From positions 157,109 to 221,108 of the IMG/VR virus record IMGVR_UViG_3300020147_000065: 64,000 nucleotides of DNA. One strand, written 5' to 3'. Made by a program: the position numbers and the translations under genes. How positions within the stretch are numbered: position 1 is the stretch's first letter; every line of letters begins with the position of its first letter. The notes under the pieces are model-generated. The model made no database searches. It worked only from the letters and a program-made list of their open reading frames with translations, and was not told the origin of the DNA. Shown one piece after another: positions 32,378-41,602 of the stretch.

Positions 32378-32722
32378 ATGAACGCATTAATGACCATCGC
32401 ACCGTATTTCTCAAATGGCACTTGGGTATTCGATGACCCCGCTGCCGGTCTGACTCGTGAGCCGTTTGTTGCGGGTATTCCTGAAATGATTAACCTGCTC
32501 ACGGCGAACATTCCAGACGCAAAAGATGGTTTTCGCCTGACGTTCTCGGCTACGCCTTTTCCGGGTTACGACTTACACCTGAACTGGCAACGCGAAGAAC
32601 ACGGCGGAAACTGGTATTACGCCCAAACTCTCAAAATGGAGGGTTGGTTGTGCCCTGCGCTGTTTAAATACTTCCCCATCGCTCCAAGCGAAATCTACGT
32701 GAAAGCGGAGCCTCTGCATTAA
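32378..32722 (+). CDS. DUF6717-like protein
   Basis: WVFDD...L.REPFVAG...FSA.PFPG...GWLCPALFKYF. Confidence 0.75.
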   Translation: MNALMTIAPYFSNGTWVFDDPAAGLTREPFVAGIPEMINLLTANIPDAKDGFRLTFSATPFPGYDLHLNWQREEHGGNWYYAQTLKMEGWLCPALFKYFPIAPSEIYVKAEPLH

Positions 32723-32779
32723 TGCAGGGCTTTTGCCCCCCCCTTGCAGACTCTATAATTATTCGTTAGAATATAAGAC

Positions 32780-33202
32780 ATGAACACACAATTGCTTGGC
32801 TCTCTTATCGGTTTGGTTGCCTTTTTCGAGGCTATTCCAGGAATACACCACGATATGTATCGTAACGATGAATGGCTCATCGTTGACGAAACGCCTGATT
32901 ATTACTATGCTGTTCGCCTTAATGGTGCGGCAATCCACCGGCACCGCGAAACCTTTCCGAAGCGGGGCGAAGGTAAAAAGTGGCAAATTGCTCGCATCGA
33001 ACACAAACCGGATGCTGTTCGCGCAATGATTGCCGACAGTCGCGCGTGGTCACGCACTCCCAAAAAAGAGCGAACACAAATGGCACATTGCTACACCGAA
33101 GCGGCGCAACTCGCTAACAAGTGCGAAGAAGTTCTGAAACTGCGCGAACAAATCAATGGCTACCTGATTATTCAGGCGTTGGCAGCTTTTATCGTGAGAT
33201 AA
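32780..33202 (+). CDS. hypothetical protein
   Basis: Leaderless module. Confidence 0.7.
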   Translation: MNTQLLGSLIGLVAFFEAIPGIHHDMYRNDEWLIVDETPDYYYAVRLNGAAIHRHRETFPKRGEGKKWQIARIEHKPDAVRAMIADSRAWSRTPKKERTQMAHCYTEAAQLANKCEEVLKLREQINGYLIIQALAAFIVR

Positions 33203-33254
33203 GAGCTTTGCCCCCCCCCTTGCACTAACTAAAGTTTAGAGTTAGAATATAAAT

Positions 33255-33593
33255 ATGAAATCGTTTTATCGAGTTGGTAGCTTGACTGTAAAGCAAGGTC
33301 TATGGTATGACCCAAATGGAAATTTCACGGGGCACATTCACGGTAAATTTGATTTTTGCCTTAATCACACCTTGCGAATGGATTATGACCCTGAAATAGT
33401 AGGCTATCTATCGGCAACTGATAGCCTCGATGCTCTTTTCATGTGGTTTCCTAAAAATGATATTCTGCGTTTACAGCAGAATGATTACTTCATTTATCGT
33501 TATCTGGCAACCGATTGGAAATGGTATGCGCGTTTTAACCACTGGGTTATCAATCAAGAAACCTCGGTGCCTGTTGAGAGAATCCTTCTCTGA
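33255..33593 (+). CDS. hypothetical protein
   Basis: Leaderless module. Confidence 0.7.
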   Translation: MKSFYRVGSLTVKQGLWYDPNGNFTGHIHGKFDFCLNHTLRMDYDPEIVGYLSATDSLDALFMWFPKNDILRLQQNDYFIYRYLATDWKWYARFNHWVINQETSVPVERILL

Positions 33594-33643
33594 GCAGTGC
33601 CCCCCCCCTTGCTCATAATCAAATAAAGGGTTATAATTTAAGC

Positions 33644-33982
33644 ATGTTAGCAAATCAGTTATTCAATCAGACAATCAACCTGCGCAACCATGCTTTTGTG
33701 TATCAGCGTTCGGGGCCATACTTCCCAGTAATCTTAATTCCTTTTAGTCTTAATGATAGAAATTGGTTGTGTGATGCAACTTATCTTCATTTGACTCACC
33801 ACGGGGTAGTAACTGACATATTAAATGTAACGGCTGACCAGCTTTTCAGACTCGCACGGCCATTATGTGAGGATATGGAAGGTATTCATCAACTCAAAGT
33901 CGTAACGCGCGGCGAAGCGTTTGCTCTGGCAGCAGAAGTGATAGAGAATCGGAAAGCACAAAAAGGGAGCTATGATAGATAG
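33644..33982 (+). CDS. hypothetical protein
   Basis: Leaderless module. Confidence 0.7.
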   Translation: MLANQLFNQTINLRNHAFVYQRSGPYFPVILIPFSLNDRNWLCDATYLHLTHHGVVTDILNVTADQLFRLARPLCEDMEGIHQLKVVTRGEAFALAAEVIENRKAQKGSYDR

Positions 33983-33992
33983 CTCCCTTTTT
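33961..33992. terminator. bidirectional intrinsic terminator
   Basis: AAAAGGGAGCTA...TAGCTCCCTTTTT between convergent genes. Confidence 0.7.
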
Positions 33993-33995
33993 GGG

Positions 33996-34154
33996 TTATA
34001 ACACTCTTGTTCGACCGGCACTAAGCAGATCAATTAGAAATATAACAATAGCAGCCACAATCAAAATGTGGATGAAGGCTCCTACAGCATGTGTAAACCC
34101 GATAAATCCGAGTAACCACATAATCAATAGGATCAAAGCAATTGTACGTAACAT
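33996..34154 (-). CDS. lmo0937/DUF5670-like small membrane protein
   Basis: MLRTIALILLIMWLLGF...GAFIHILIVAAIV. Confidence 0.8.
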   Translation of the reverse strand: MLRTIALILLIMWLLGFIGFTHAVGAFIHILIVAAIVIFLIDLLSAGRTRVL

Positions 34155-34245
34155 GGCGACCACCTCTGTCTGGTAATGACGCAAATTCTGATCCAACGTG
34201 CCCCCCCCCCTTGCTCACTGAGTATTTTTAGGTTATCCTTTAATC

Positions 34246-34737
34246 ATGCTTAAAGAGTTAATCAATTGGATTAGGTTATTTTTCTGGCTCCGTAAAGAAA
34301 AAGAGTCAGTGGTAAAGGCGTGGAACTATTCATCTGAATTTGCCGACGTTTTACGCGGCTCCGTCGGCTATGAATCATTTGCAACCAATGATACTTTATG
34401 GAAACTCTGGGGTTTAACCCTTGAAGGTATCGAAGTATATCACCGATGGAATAATGAGAATCGTGCTAAAATGTATCATTTACAATTAGACATCCTTTCT
34501 CCACAAATCCAAAAGAAGGTCGAGAGATATGACGACGAGCCAGTTAATTATTGGGTGTTTAATCATTCACACTCACCCGAAGTCCCCGATAGAATTGTTG
34601 CTGGGCCTTATGGTCAAGAATTAACAGCACGAGCCAAGATTCACGAACTCGAACAACAGCCGTATAACTTCTTTACCTACTATTATATTCCATTTCCACA
34701 GGGTAAACGTCCGTTTGAGTTACCCCTCCCTGAGTAA
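34246..34737 (+). CDS. hypothetical protein
   Basis: Leaderless module. Confidence 0.7.
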   Translation: MLKELINWIRLFFWLRKEKESVVKAWNYSSEFADVLRGSVGYESFATNDTLWKLWGLTLEGIEVYHRWNNENRAKMYHLQLDILSPQIQKKVERYDDEPVNYWVFNHSHSPEVPDRIVAGPYGQELTARAKIHELEQQPYNFFTYYYIPFPQGKRPFELPLPE

Positions 34738-34869
34738 TCAGGGAGTTGCCCCCCCCTCGTCAAAAATGTGCGTAGGTGGTATAATACCTATTGGAAGAGG
34801 GATTGGTCGCACAATTTTGTCAGGAATAAAAACTTGACATACAATTAAAAGTGCGGTAAAATATATTGT

Positions 34870-35559
34870 ATGAAATTACTCTCACTTGACACAAACGCTA
34901 AGACAGTAAAGGGGCAAGCTAAAGGCTACATGACGGCCATTTTATATCTTGCGCCTGAAAAGCAAAGCGGTGTTATGAATGTTTGTGCTTTCGCTTCTAA
35001 TGGTTGCAAAAATGCTTGTTTATATACTGCCGGACGTGGACGCTTTACTAATGTGCAAGAGGCACGTATTGAGCGCACAAGGTTCTATAAACGTGATGCA
35101 CAAGCCTTTATCCAGCAACTAAAAGACGAAATAAGACGCTATAAAGCCTATGCTGAGAAAAAGGGTTATCAATTTTGTGTGCGATTGAACGGCACAAGTG
35201 ATATTCCCTGGGAAGCATACGGAATTATGCAAGAATTTCCTGATGTGAAATTTTACGATTACACAAAGAATGCTTTACGTGCTATCAAGTGGGCTAAGGG
35301 TGCTTTACCTGCTAACTATCATATCACGTTTAGCCGTTCCGAAGAAAACTGCACACAAGTTGACCAAGTTTTACACGCTGGCGGAAACGTCGCTGTAGTT
35401 TTTTCTAAGCCGTCATTCCCTGCTGAATATCTTGGTAAGCCGGTTGTGAATGGCGATGAAACGGACTTGCGTTTTCTTGACCCTAAGAATGTGATTGTAG
35501 GACTAAAGGCAAAAGGGGATGCGAAGAAAGACGAAAGCGGTTTCGTGGTTAAGGTTTAG
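34870..35559 (+). CDS. GP88-like phage protein, copy 2
   Basis: Paralog of 30986..31714 with the same motifs. Confidence 0.8.
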   Translation: MKLLSLDTNAKTVKGQAKGYMTAILYLAPEKQSGVMNVCAFASNGCKNACLYTAGRGRFTNVQEARIERTRFYKRDAQAFIQQLKDEIRRYKAYAEKKGYQFCVRLNGTSDIPWEAYGIMQEFPDVKFYDYTKNALRAIKWAKGALPANYHITFSRSEENCTQVDQVLHAGGNVAVVFSKPSFPAEYLGKPVVNGDETDLRFLDPKNVIVGLKAKGDAKKDESGFVVKV

Positions 35560-35621
35560 GCCAACCACGGGCTGCTGCCCCCCCCTTGTCAACTGTGTAA
35601 TAAAGAGTTAAAATATAAGAC

Positions 35622-35960
35622 ATGGAAACCTCAGAAGAATTAGTAACAGTGGGTAAATTTAATAGTGGAGATCAAGGTGGATGGGAAGTTGTAAAAGAAA
35701 TGGTTATGACTGTTCATCATGAAGCATTACCTACTTGGGTAATGGAGGGTTGTGCTGCTCAACGTTACATGAACGTATCAACTAATTATGTGATTTATAA
35801 TGGTGTGAAACGCAAAATTTATAAACACCAGCGACGTTGGGAACTACTGTTAGCATCTGATGAAGAAGCACCGGGAGAAAAAGAAAAGAAAATCCAAAAG
35901 CTACTCGAAGAACAACGTCAAATCAATGAAAAATTAGCAGAATTAGGTTATCATCCCTGA
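35622..35960 (+). CDS. hypothetical protein
   Basis: Leaderless module. Confidence 0.7.
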   Translation: METSEELVTVGKFNSGDQGGWEVVKEMVMTVHHEALPTWVMEGCAAQRYMNVSTNYVIYNGVKRKIYKHQRRWELLLASDEEAPGEKEKKIQKLLEEQRQINEKLAELGYHP

Positions 35961-36044
35961 TAACCTGCCCCCCCCCTTGACCCGAAACGCATTCTACTAT
36001 ATAATCTCTATGGAAGAAGAAATGGCCGATGAAAGGGAACAGAA

Positions 36045-36410
36045 ATGCAAGAAATAAATATCTCGACTCAAATTAAAACCGAAATTGACCTCAGCAACCT
36101 GACTGGTGGACAAGTAGCACAAGTGCTTTTTGATAGGCTCAACGAGCTACCAACCGCTGTAAACAATCATTTCGGGCCTGATTCAATGAATCCTGATAGC
36201 TCCATGCGAACATATGTAGTGCTCGAAAGACACGCTACCAGTGGTGCCCCGACAAAAACTCTCCATTTAACAAAAGCAAAAAGTCGGTGGCGAATCCATT
36301 GCATGATTAACAATGGACAGAATTATAAGTGGGGAAATCAGACCTCAAAGTTTGATTCAAAAATTAAGGCTTCTATTGAGGCTTTCATTGATAAAGATAT
36401 AGTACCATGA
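36045..36410 (+). CDS. hypothetical protein
   Basis: First of several coupled ORFs (36407, 36677, 36894). Confidence 0.65.
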   Translation: MQEINISTQIKTEIDLSNLTGGQVAQVLFDRLNELPTAVNNHFGPDSMNPDSSMRTYVVLERHATSGAPTKTLHLTKAKSRWRIHCMINNGQNYKWGNQTSKFDSKIKASIEAFIDKDIVP

Positions 36411-36893
36411 GTCAAGGTGATTTATTAACGGGTGAGTTTCCAGAAGAGCAACCCACGGGGACAATAAAAGCAGGGGCGCAGACAAAAGCGGCCCTGTTTT
36501 CTCGTATCTCAGGAGCAATCATCAGACACGTAAGGTCAGAGACAACCGACACAGAAGAACAAAAGAAAATGGCAGCGACAATGATAGCGCGAACCTTTCG
36601 GGAAGGTTCGCTATCATACACAGAATTACTTGAAAAGGTCTTGACAAACTTAAACAAAGACGGTAAAATATAATACATGGAAACGAAATTATCTCTCCGT
36701 GAATTTAACGACTTCTTGGCCGATTACCGTCGCAATCCAAACGGTTTACGATTGGGACAAATGTTCATCAATCGTTACATCAAAGGAACAAGCGAGTTAA
36801 TCAATAAACTCCATGCTGAAACCAACATGGACGTGGCGACACAGATTATCTACGATAACTTCGTAGATAAAAAAGAGAATCCGGTGGTTAGCC

Positions 36894-37250
36894 ATGAAGA
36901 GTAAACTATTCTTTAGTCACGAATTTCGTGGAAATCTGGAGCAAGATAATTCAGTGAAACAAACCATCGCTGATTTATTGTATCTGCGTACCGCATTAGT
37001 ATCTGCATTGGCTCACTTGCCACCCACTTACTATGATAAGGTCGTAACATCGGCAGAAATTGAGATTGCGCCTTATGTAGATTATCATAATCAAGGGGCC
37101 ATGGTTCATCTCAATGTTCAGAAGGAGAATAAACTGCGAGCAGTCTATGCTCTTGGCTGGGAACGTAAGACCAAAACCTACAGTGCAAAGAGACACGACA
37201 AGGCAATAGAGGATATAGAAACTTTTCAAAAAACTCTAAAATTCCCTTGA
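36894..37250 (+). CDS. hypothetical protein
   Basis: Overlaps the end of 36677..36904. Confidence 0.65.
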   Translation: MKSKLFFSHEFRGNLEQDNSVKQTIADLLYLRTALVSALAHLPPTYYDKVVTSAEIEIAPYVDYHNQGAMVHLNVQKENKLRAVYALGWERKTKTYSAKRHDKAIEDIETFQKTLKFP

Positions 37251-37293
37251 CGACTCCCCCGTGGTTTGGTATAATTTAATGTGAGGAAAAACA

Positions 37294-37680
37294 ATGAACA
37301 TTCAAAACGTAATCAATGAATTACAGAGCGCACGAGACTTATCCCTGCGCGAACGCGGCATCCTTGCCGCTTTAATCGAAATCCGCAATTCCGAACCAAA
37401 GCAAAGCGGACAGACGACCTCTGCCCCTGCACCTACCGTAAGAAGTGCTATTGCTCGGCCTGTTGATTATGCGGAGTTTCCTAATTCCACCAATTTGCGC
37501 GAAGCATCGTATGACCCAAATCAGCGTGAACTGGTTGTAACCTTTTTGTCCGGTTTGCGCTATGCTTACGAATCGGTTCCTGAGTATGTTTGGAACGGTT
37601 TAAAGAACGCGGCATCTGCCGGTGGTTATTACTCCCGCGAAATTCGTGGAAAGTATCAGTCGCAGCGTTTGGATGATTAA
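37294..37680 (+). CDS. KTSC domain protein
   Basis: STNLREASYD...LVVTFLSGLRYAYESVP..VW..L.NA.SAGGYY..EIR. Confidence 0.9.
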   Translation: MNIQNVINELQSARDLSLRERGILAALIEIRNSEPKQSGQTTSAPAPTVRSAIARPVDYAEFPNSTNLREASYDPNQRELVVTFLSGLRYAYESVPEYVWNGLKNAASAGGYYSREIRGKYQSQRLDD

Positions 37681-37731
37681 CTGTTTGTAAATTTCATGGA
37701 ACTCAGGTAGTAATCCTACTTCTTTAATTTC

Positions 37732-38262
37732 ATGAGAAAAGCCAAACAGCTAACCTGCGAAAACTGCGGAGAACCTTACTATACACAGGAGCGAGAAAGT
37801 AAATTCTGTTCTCGCTCCTGTGCTGGAAAGTTTAACAACAGAAATCGTGGGCCTCTCACAGAAGAACATAGAACAAAAATAAGTGAAAGTCTTCGTAAGT
37901 CTGATAAAGCTAATAAAAATCGGAGTGTAGGTGAAAAACACGTACAGGCTGTAGCAAAAGCTACCCGTGGTAAGTTTAATTCTCAATGTCCCGAAAGTTT
38001 GTTATCCTTATCTTCTCGAACGGTATCTAAGATATTATCGAGATTGGGAGCTTCTTGTTCCCGCTGTGGTTGGCATGAAGCAACTTGCGATATTCATCAT
38101 ATTAATGGTCGTAAGATTAAAGATGCTGATTCTCACACCAACCTAACTTTACTTTGTCCAAATTGTCACCGATTGGCTCATACAGGTAAAGTTAGAAAAG
38201 AGGAATTAATTCCTTTGTCAGTTTATATAGGTGATAAGTGGAAGCAATTCTACTTTGGTTAA
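37732..38262 (+). CDS. HNH endonuclease with Zn finger
   Basis: CENCG..FCSRSC; CSRCGW..DIHHI..NLTLLCPNCH. Confidence 0.9.
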   Translation: MRKAKQLTCENCGEPYYTQERESKFCSRSCAGKFNNRNRGPLTEEHRTKISESLRKSDKANKNRSVGEKHVQAVAKATRGKFNSQCPESLLSLSSRTVSKILSRLGASCSRCGWHEATCDIHHINGRKIKDADSHTNLTLLCPNCHRLAHTGKVRKEELIPLSVYIGDKWKQFYFG

Positions 38263-38265
38263 TAC

Positions 38266-38353
38266 GGGTCGGTAGGATAGCGGCGATTCCATGAGACTGT
38301 AAATCTCATACCCAAGCGGTTAAACAACGGCAGTTCGAGTCTGCCTCGGCCCT
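38266..38353 (+). tRNA. tRNA-Tyr(GTA)
   Basis: Cloverleaf, CTGTAAA loop, long variable arm. Confidence 0.9.
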
Positions 38354-38809
38354 TTATTATGGAAAGCAAAAGAAAAGCCTTTCTCTATAACGAAATAGTG
38401 AAAGCACTTGATAAAAAAGAACCTGTTACCGTTTTGTTCTATGGTCACGGAGCAAGAAGTGTTATAACAAATGTTCAACTTGCACCAGAGGGACTTCAGG
38501 TTACAATCAATAATGTTTTATTTACAATTTCCGAGAAAGACAGAGTTTTTGTCGAACGAATAATCGAATTGATTGAACCAGTTGAGGGCGAACATAGATT
38601 AGCAGCAAGCATAAAGAAAAGAGCAAAGACTAACTCCCAAAAGAGTTAGTCTTTTTGTTTGCCCCCCCCCCTCCTGCAACTGTAATGATGGTTTTACCAT
38701 TGTTATCATTACAGAAAAATACGAAGAAGTTTTTTGTAGGCACACGACAGTGCTATGGAAGAGGGATTGGTCGGGTAAACCGATCAGGAATAAAAATTAA
38801 AAGTCAAAA

Positions 38810-38880
38810 AGCCCGGTGCCGGGATTGAACCGACATCTTCTCTATACCACAGAGAAATCTTACCATTTAACGAACCGGGC
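38810..38880 (-). tRNA. tRNA-Thr(GGT), atypical G32
   Basis: TCTCT-GTGGTAT-AGAGA anticodon arm. Confidence 0.7.
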
Positions 38881-38884
38881 ACAA

Positions 38885-38957
38885 TAGGGGCAGAGGGATT
38901 TGAACCCCCGACCAAAGCATTATGAGTGCTGCGCACTAACCACCGTGCTATACCCCC
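38885..38957 (-). tRNA. tRNA-Ile2/Met(CAT)
   Basis: CTCATAA loop. Confidence 0.85.
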
Positions 38958-38965
38958 GTTTTTAA

Positions 38966-39040
38966 AGCCTGTGGAGGGATTTGAACCCCCGATTGTATGG
39001 ATTTGCAGTCCACTACCTTTGGCCACTCAGTCACACAGGC
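38966..39040 (-). tRNA. tRNA-Cys(GCA)
   Basis: CTGCAAA loop, U73. Confidence 0.9.
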
Positions 39041-39073
39041 GGAGCGAAGGAGGGGCTTTCACCCCTCGCTTCC

Positions 39074-39580
39074 TTACTGACTTCTCTTTCGCCAGTTGGT
39101 TGCCTTGCTTTTCTCGCGTCCTACTGCACGACGATAATCTGCATTGGCACGGTCAGCGCGAACTCGCTTGTCCCATTTCGCATCAGGAACTTCTAACGTC
39201 TGACGCAGGTTTGCTGCGTAGTTGTCAGGTAGCTGCCAGATTTCCTGCAAGTCTGCGTTGGGTAATTCCCAGTTGAAAAGATGGCGAGGATACTTCAACG
39301 AGGATTGGTCGCGCTGATAACGAGTATCACATTCGGGTAAATCGTGAGTGCGACGATGGATTGAAACGGCACCGGCTGAAACCCCTAACTTGGCCGCAAT
39401 GTCGGCGTTTCGCATATTCGCCCAATCTATACCATCCCATTTCGATTTGCGTGGTGCCCCATACTGCGCTCTTTTGTTAGCAACAGTTGGGCGGGAAAAA
39501 CCAGTTTCTCGCGCAATCTGCGCGTCCGTTTTGGTTTTCCAAGCAATACGTTTCCAGTTGACTGTTTGTTTTGTGCTCAT
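39074..39580 (-). CDS. repeated-HTH DNA-binding protein
   Basis: W...DAQIARETGFSRPTV; W...NADIAAKLGVSAGAV; a third degenerate repeat. Confidence 0.7.
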   Translation of the reverse strand: MSTKQTVNWKRIAWKTKTDAQIARETGFSRPTVANKRAQYGAPRKSKWDGIDWANMRNADIAAKLGVSAGAVSIHRRTHDLPECDTRYQRDQSSLKYPRHLFNWELPNADLQEIWQLPDNYAANLRQTLEVPDAKWDKRVRADRANADYRRAVGREKSKATNWRKRSQ

Positions 39581-39715
39581 GGTAATTATTATACTACCTC
39601 TCGTTACCCCTGTCAAGGGTAGTTTTAGTATATTTCTTCCAAACTTCCAAATCAAATTCTTGCGGTGTCTTCTCTGCTATGGTAGCATCGTAATGGTAAG
39701 GGTTAAATGGGTCTA

Positions 39716-39988
39716 TCATACAGGAATGTTTCCATGCCACTTTCGGGGAGGCGTGACAAACAAAAGATGTTCACCTCCACGATTGGTCAGGACGGTAGCA
39801 CGAAAGCCATGACGACGATAGAAACGGGCCGCAATGCAAAGAACTTCTTTATTGAAATTTGCACCATAATTGACCATTGTAGGCTCAGGTTTGGTGATTG
39901 GTTTTGCTAAAAGTTGTTCATTGTGCTCTTGAATCACATTGTAGGCATTCCGACACTTCACCTTCTTAATAAGTTGATTGATGTTCAT
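39716..39988 (-). CDS. hypothetical protein
   Basis: Inverted C-tract promoter; leaderless. Confidence 0.65.
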   Translation of the reverse strand: MNINQLIKKVKCRNAYNVIQEHNEQLLAKPITKPEPTMVNYGANFNKEVLCIAARFYRRHGFRATVLTNRGGEHLLFVTPPRKWHGNIPV

Positions 39989-40040
39989 GTAATAGATTAT
40001 ACAATTAACAGTAGGATTGTGCAAGGGGGGGGGGCAGAGG

Positions 40041-40727
40041 TCAATCGGGTTTATCCGATTGACTCAGTGCATAACGCATAAAATCAGGAAAGTATTCAGG
40101 TACGATAATCTTGAATCCATAGCGGTTAAGAATCCACCTAACCCACGCAGGTAATGAACTGTGTTTAAAAACAGTCAAAACAAGACACTGCTTTAATTCA
40201 TCGCGCTCATTGGACATTTTCTCATGTGCCAGATGTAACTTGGCGAGTTTAGCTTTGTGCGCGGCAGCCTGAACCTGTAAGGGGTCTGGCCCTTTAGGTT
40301 TAGATACCTTTGCTTCGTTTGCTGGCATCGGTGCCCCAGTCATACCCGCTTTGATTCGTTGTGCTTGCCAGTTTCTCCAAATATCACGTAATCCCTGTGG
40401 TAGTTGTGCTGGAATAACGCATGATTTATCCGGTCTGAAATCTATAATTAAATCACCTTTTAGCTCGTTACATCGTCGGCATAGCGGTTGTAAATTATCA
40501 ATCGAATTAGACGAAAGCGGATTGCTAACAGGAATGATGTGGTCGCGTGTGAGGTCGTCAATCTTCATGCCTTTATTACACGATAAGCAGCGAGAACCAT
40601 ATCTTTTGCATAGGTTTCGCCATTCGTTTGGCTGAGCCACGGCACCGGCACGTCCGAGGTTCTTATCTCGGTTAGTGTTAATGGGCGTGGTTTGAACGGG
40701 AGCCAACCCTTTCCATGATTTTGCCAT
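40041..40727 (-). CDS. HNH endonuclease
   Basis: CLSC..LTRDHIIP..NSIDNLQPLCRRCNELKG. Confidence 0.9.
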   Translation of the reverse strand: MAKSWKGLAPVQTTPINTNRDKNLGRAGAVAQPNEWRNLCKRYGSRCLSCNKGMKIDDLTRDHIIPVSNPLSSNSIDNLQPLCRRCNELKGDLIIDFRPDKSCVIPAQLPQGLRDIWRNWQAQRIKAGMTGAPMPANEAKVSKPKGPDPLQVQAAAHKAKLAKLHLAHEKMSNERDELKQCLVLTVFKHSSLPAWVRWILNRYGFKIIVPEYFPDFMRYALSQSDKPD

Positions 40728-40818
40728 ACTTAGATAATACTAAATAAATGGAGATGAAGCAAGGGGGGGGGGCAGATAAGAAAAAGCCCAGCAAGGTCGG
40801 AGGCCCTTGCTGGGTGCG

Positions 40819-40889
40819 TATGCGATAAAAGATTTGAACTCTTTCTTGGGCGTTCGAAGCACCCCGTGCATCCACTACACTAATCGCAC
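40819..40889 (-). tRNA. tRNA-Arg(TCG)
   Basis: CTTCGAA loop. Confidence 0.85.
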
Positions 40890-40891
40890 AT

Positions 40892-40943
40892 TGGTGGAGG
40901 ACTCTATTCTGATCTATTGGTATAGACCGTCGCCGTGTCCCCC
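40892..40943 (-). ncRNA. 52-nt armless tRNA-like RNA with Ala identity elements
   Basis: GGGGGAC/GTCCTCC-ACCA, G3:U70, single central hairpin. Confidence 0.5.
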
Positions 40944-41024
40944 AATCAGCGACCTTACTACGTAGCGTTCTAAAGCAGGGAAGTTCTTGCGAGAGTTTGC
41001 AACCTCTCGTTTTTCCTGCTTAGA

Positions 41025-41417
41025 TGGAGATGTGGGTAATTGAAACCCAGTCTTGAAGTAGTAACAAAGTAGTTTATAGGCTTAGACTGTCTTTTAGTTT
41101 AGCTTTCCACGGGGCGCAGTCGTTCTAATCGTATCGGAAAGCGAGTCACTAATTCATACCGACTAATGACTGTCGTTTGGTGCTTACATTAATTACCTCT
41201 ATCTTACATCGTAAGCAATTCAGTAGAGGTTTGCTTAAACTAAATTAAGCTGCGAGACGGGCCATCTGAGCCTTAGGAGCCATAACTCCACCGAACAAAG
41301 AAACACCCTGATTAAAAACGTTGCCGTTTATAGCATGTCAGCCGTTTAAGGTGTCTGCCAACGAACACCGCCTAAATTCCTTTGATAACAAATCTTCAAT
41401 CGAAACCTGTCATCCCC
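41025..41417 (-). ncRNA. ssrA: tmRNA
   Basis: 5' GGGGATGACAGGTTTCGA; 3' T-arm plus CATCTCCA with G3:U70; tag frame 41325..41245 GNVFNQGVSLFGGVMAPKAQMARLAA*. Confidence 0.93.
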
Positions 41418-41602
41418 AAATTAACGTCGTTTCTGTGCTGCTTTTACTGCATCGTTACACTCTTTGCAAATGCGTTTAGCGTAAGTCTTATGCGGTGGAA
41501 ATATATCCTCGAAATAAAGTAGTTTGCTACCCTTTCGTGGTTCCTTGTGCCAGCAGAAGTAACAACGTATTTTCATAACTTAATTATACTACAGCCGTTC
41601 CC

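Larger units (their letters stand above)
993..38797. promoter_or_regulatory. Repeated bipartite element TGGAAGA-N19/20-GTCA-RRAATAAAA (7 copies)
   Basis: Copies start at 993, 2077, 2674, 8424, 17390, 34792, 38756, with a partial at 36011; fixed 26-27 nt offset between TGG and GTCA. Confidence 0.7.

Noticed and set aside
627-36000. CRISPR array or classical integron
   Set aside because: The repeats are only ~14 nt and separate whole genes; no cas or integrase gene in the window and no conserved attC R/L boxes seen.
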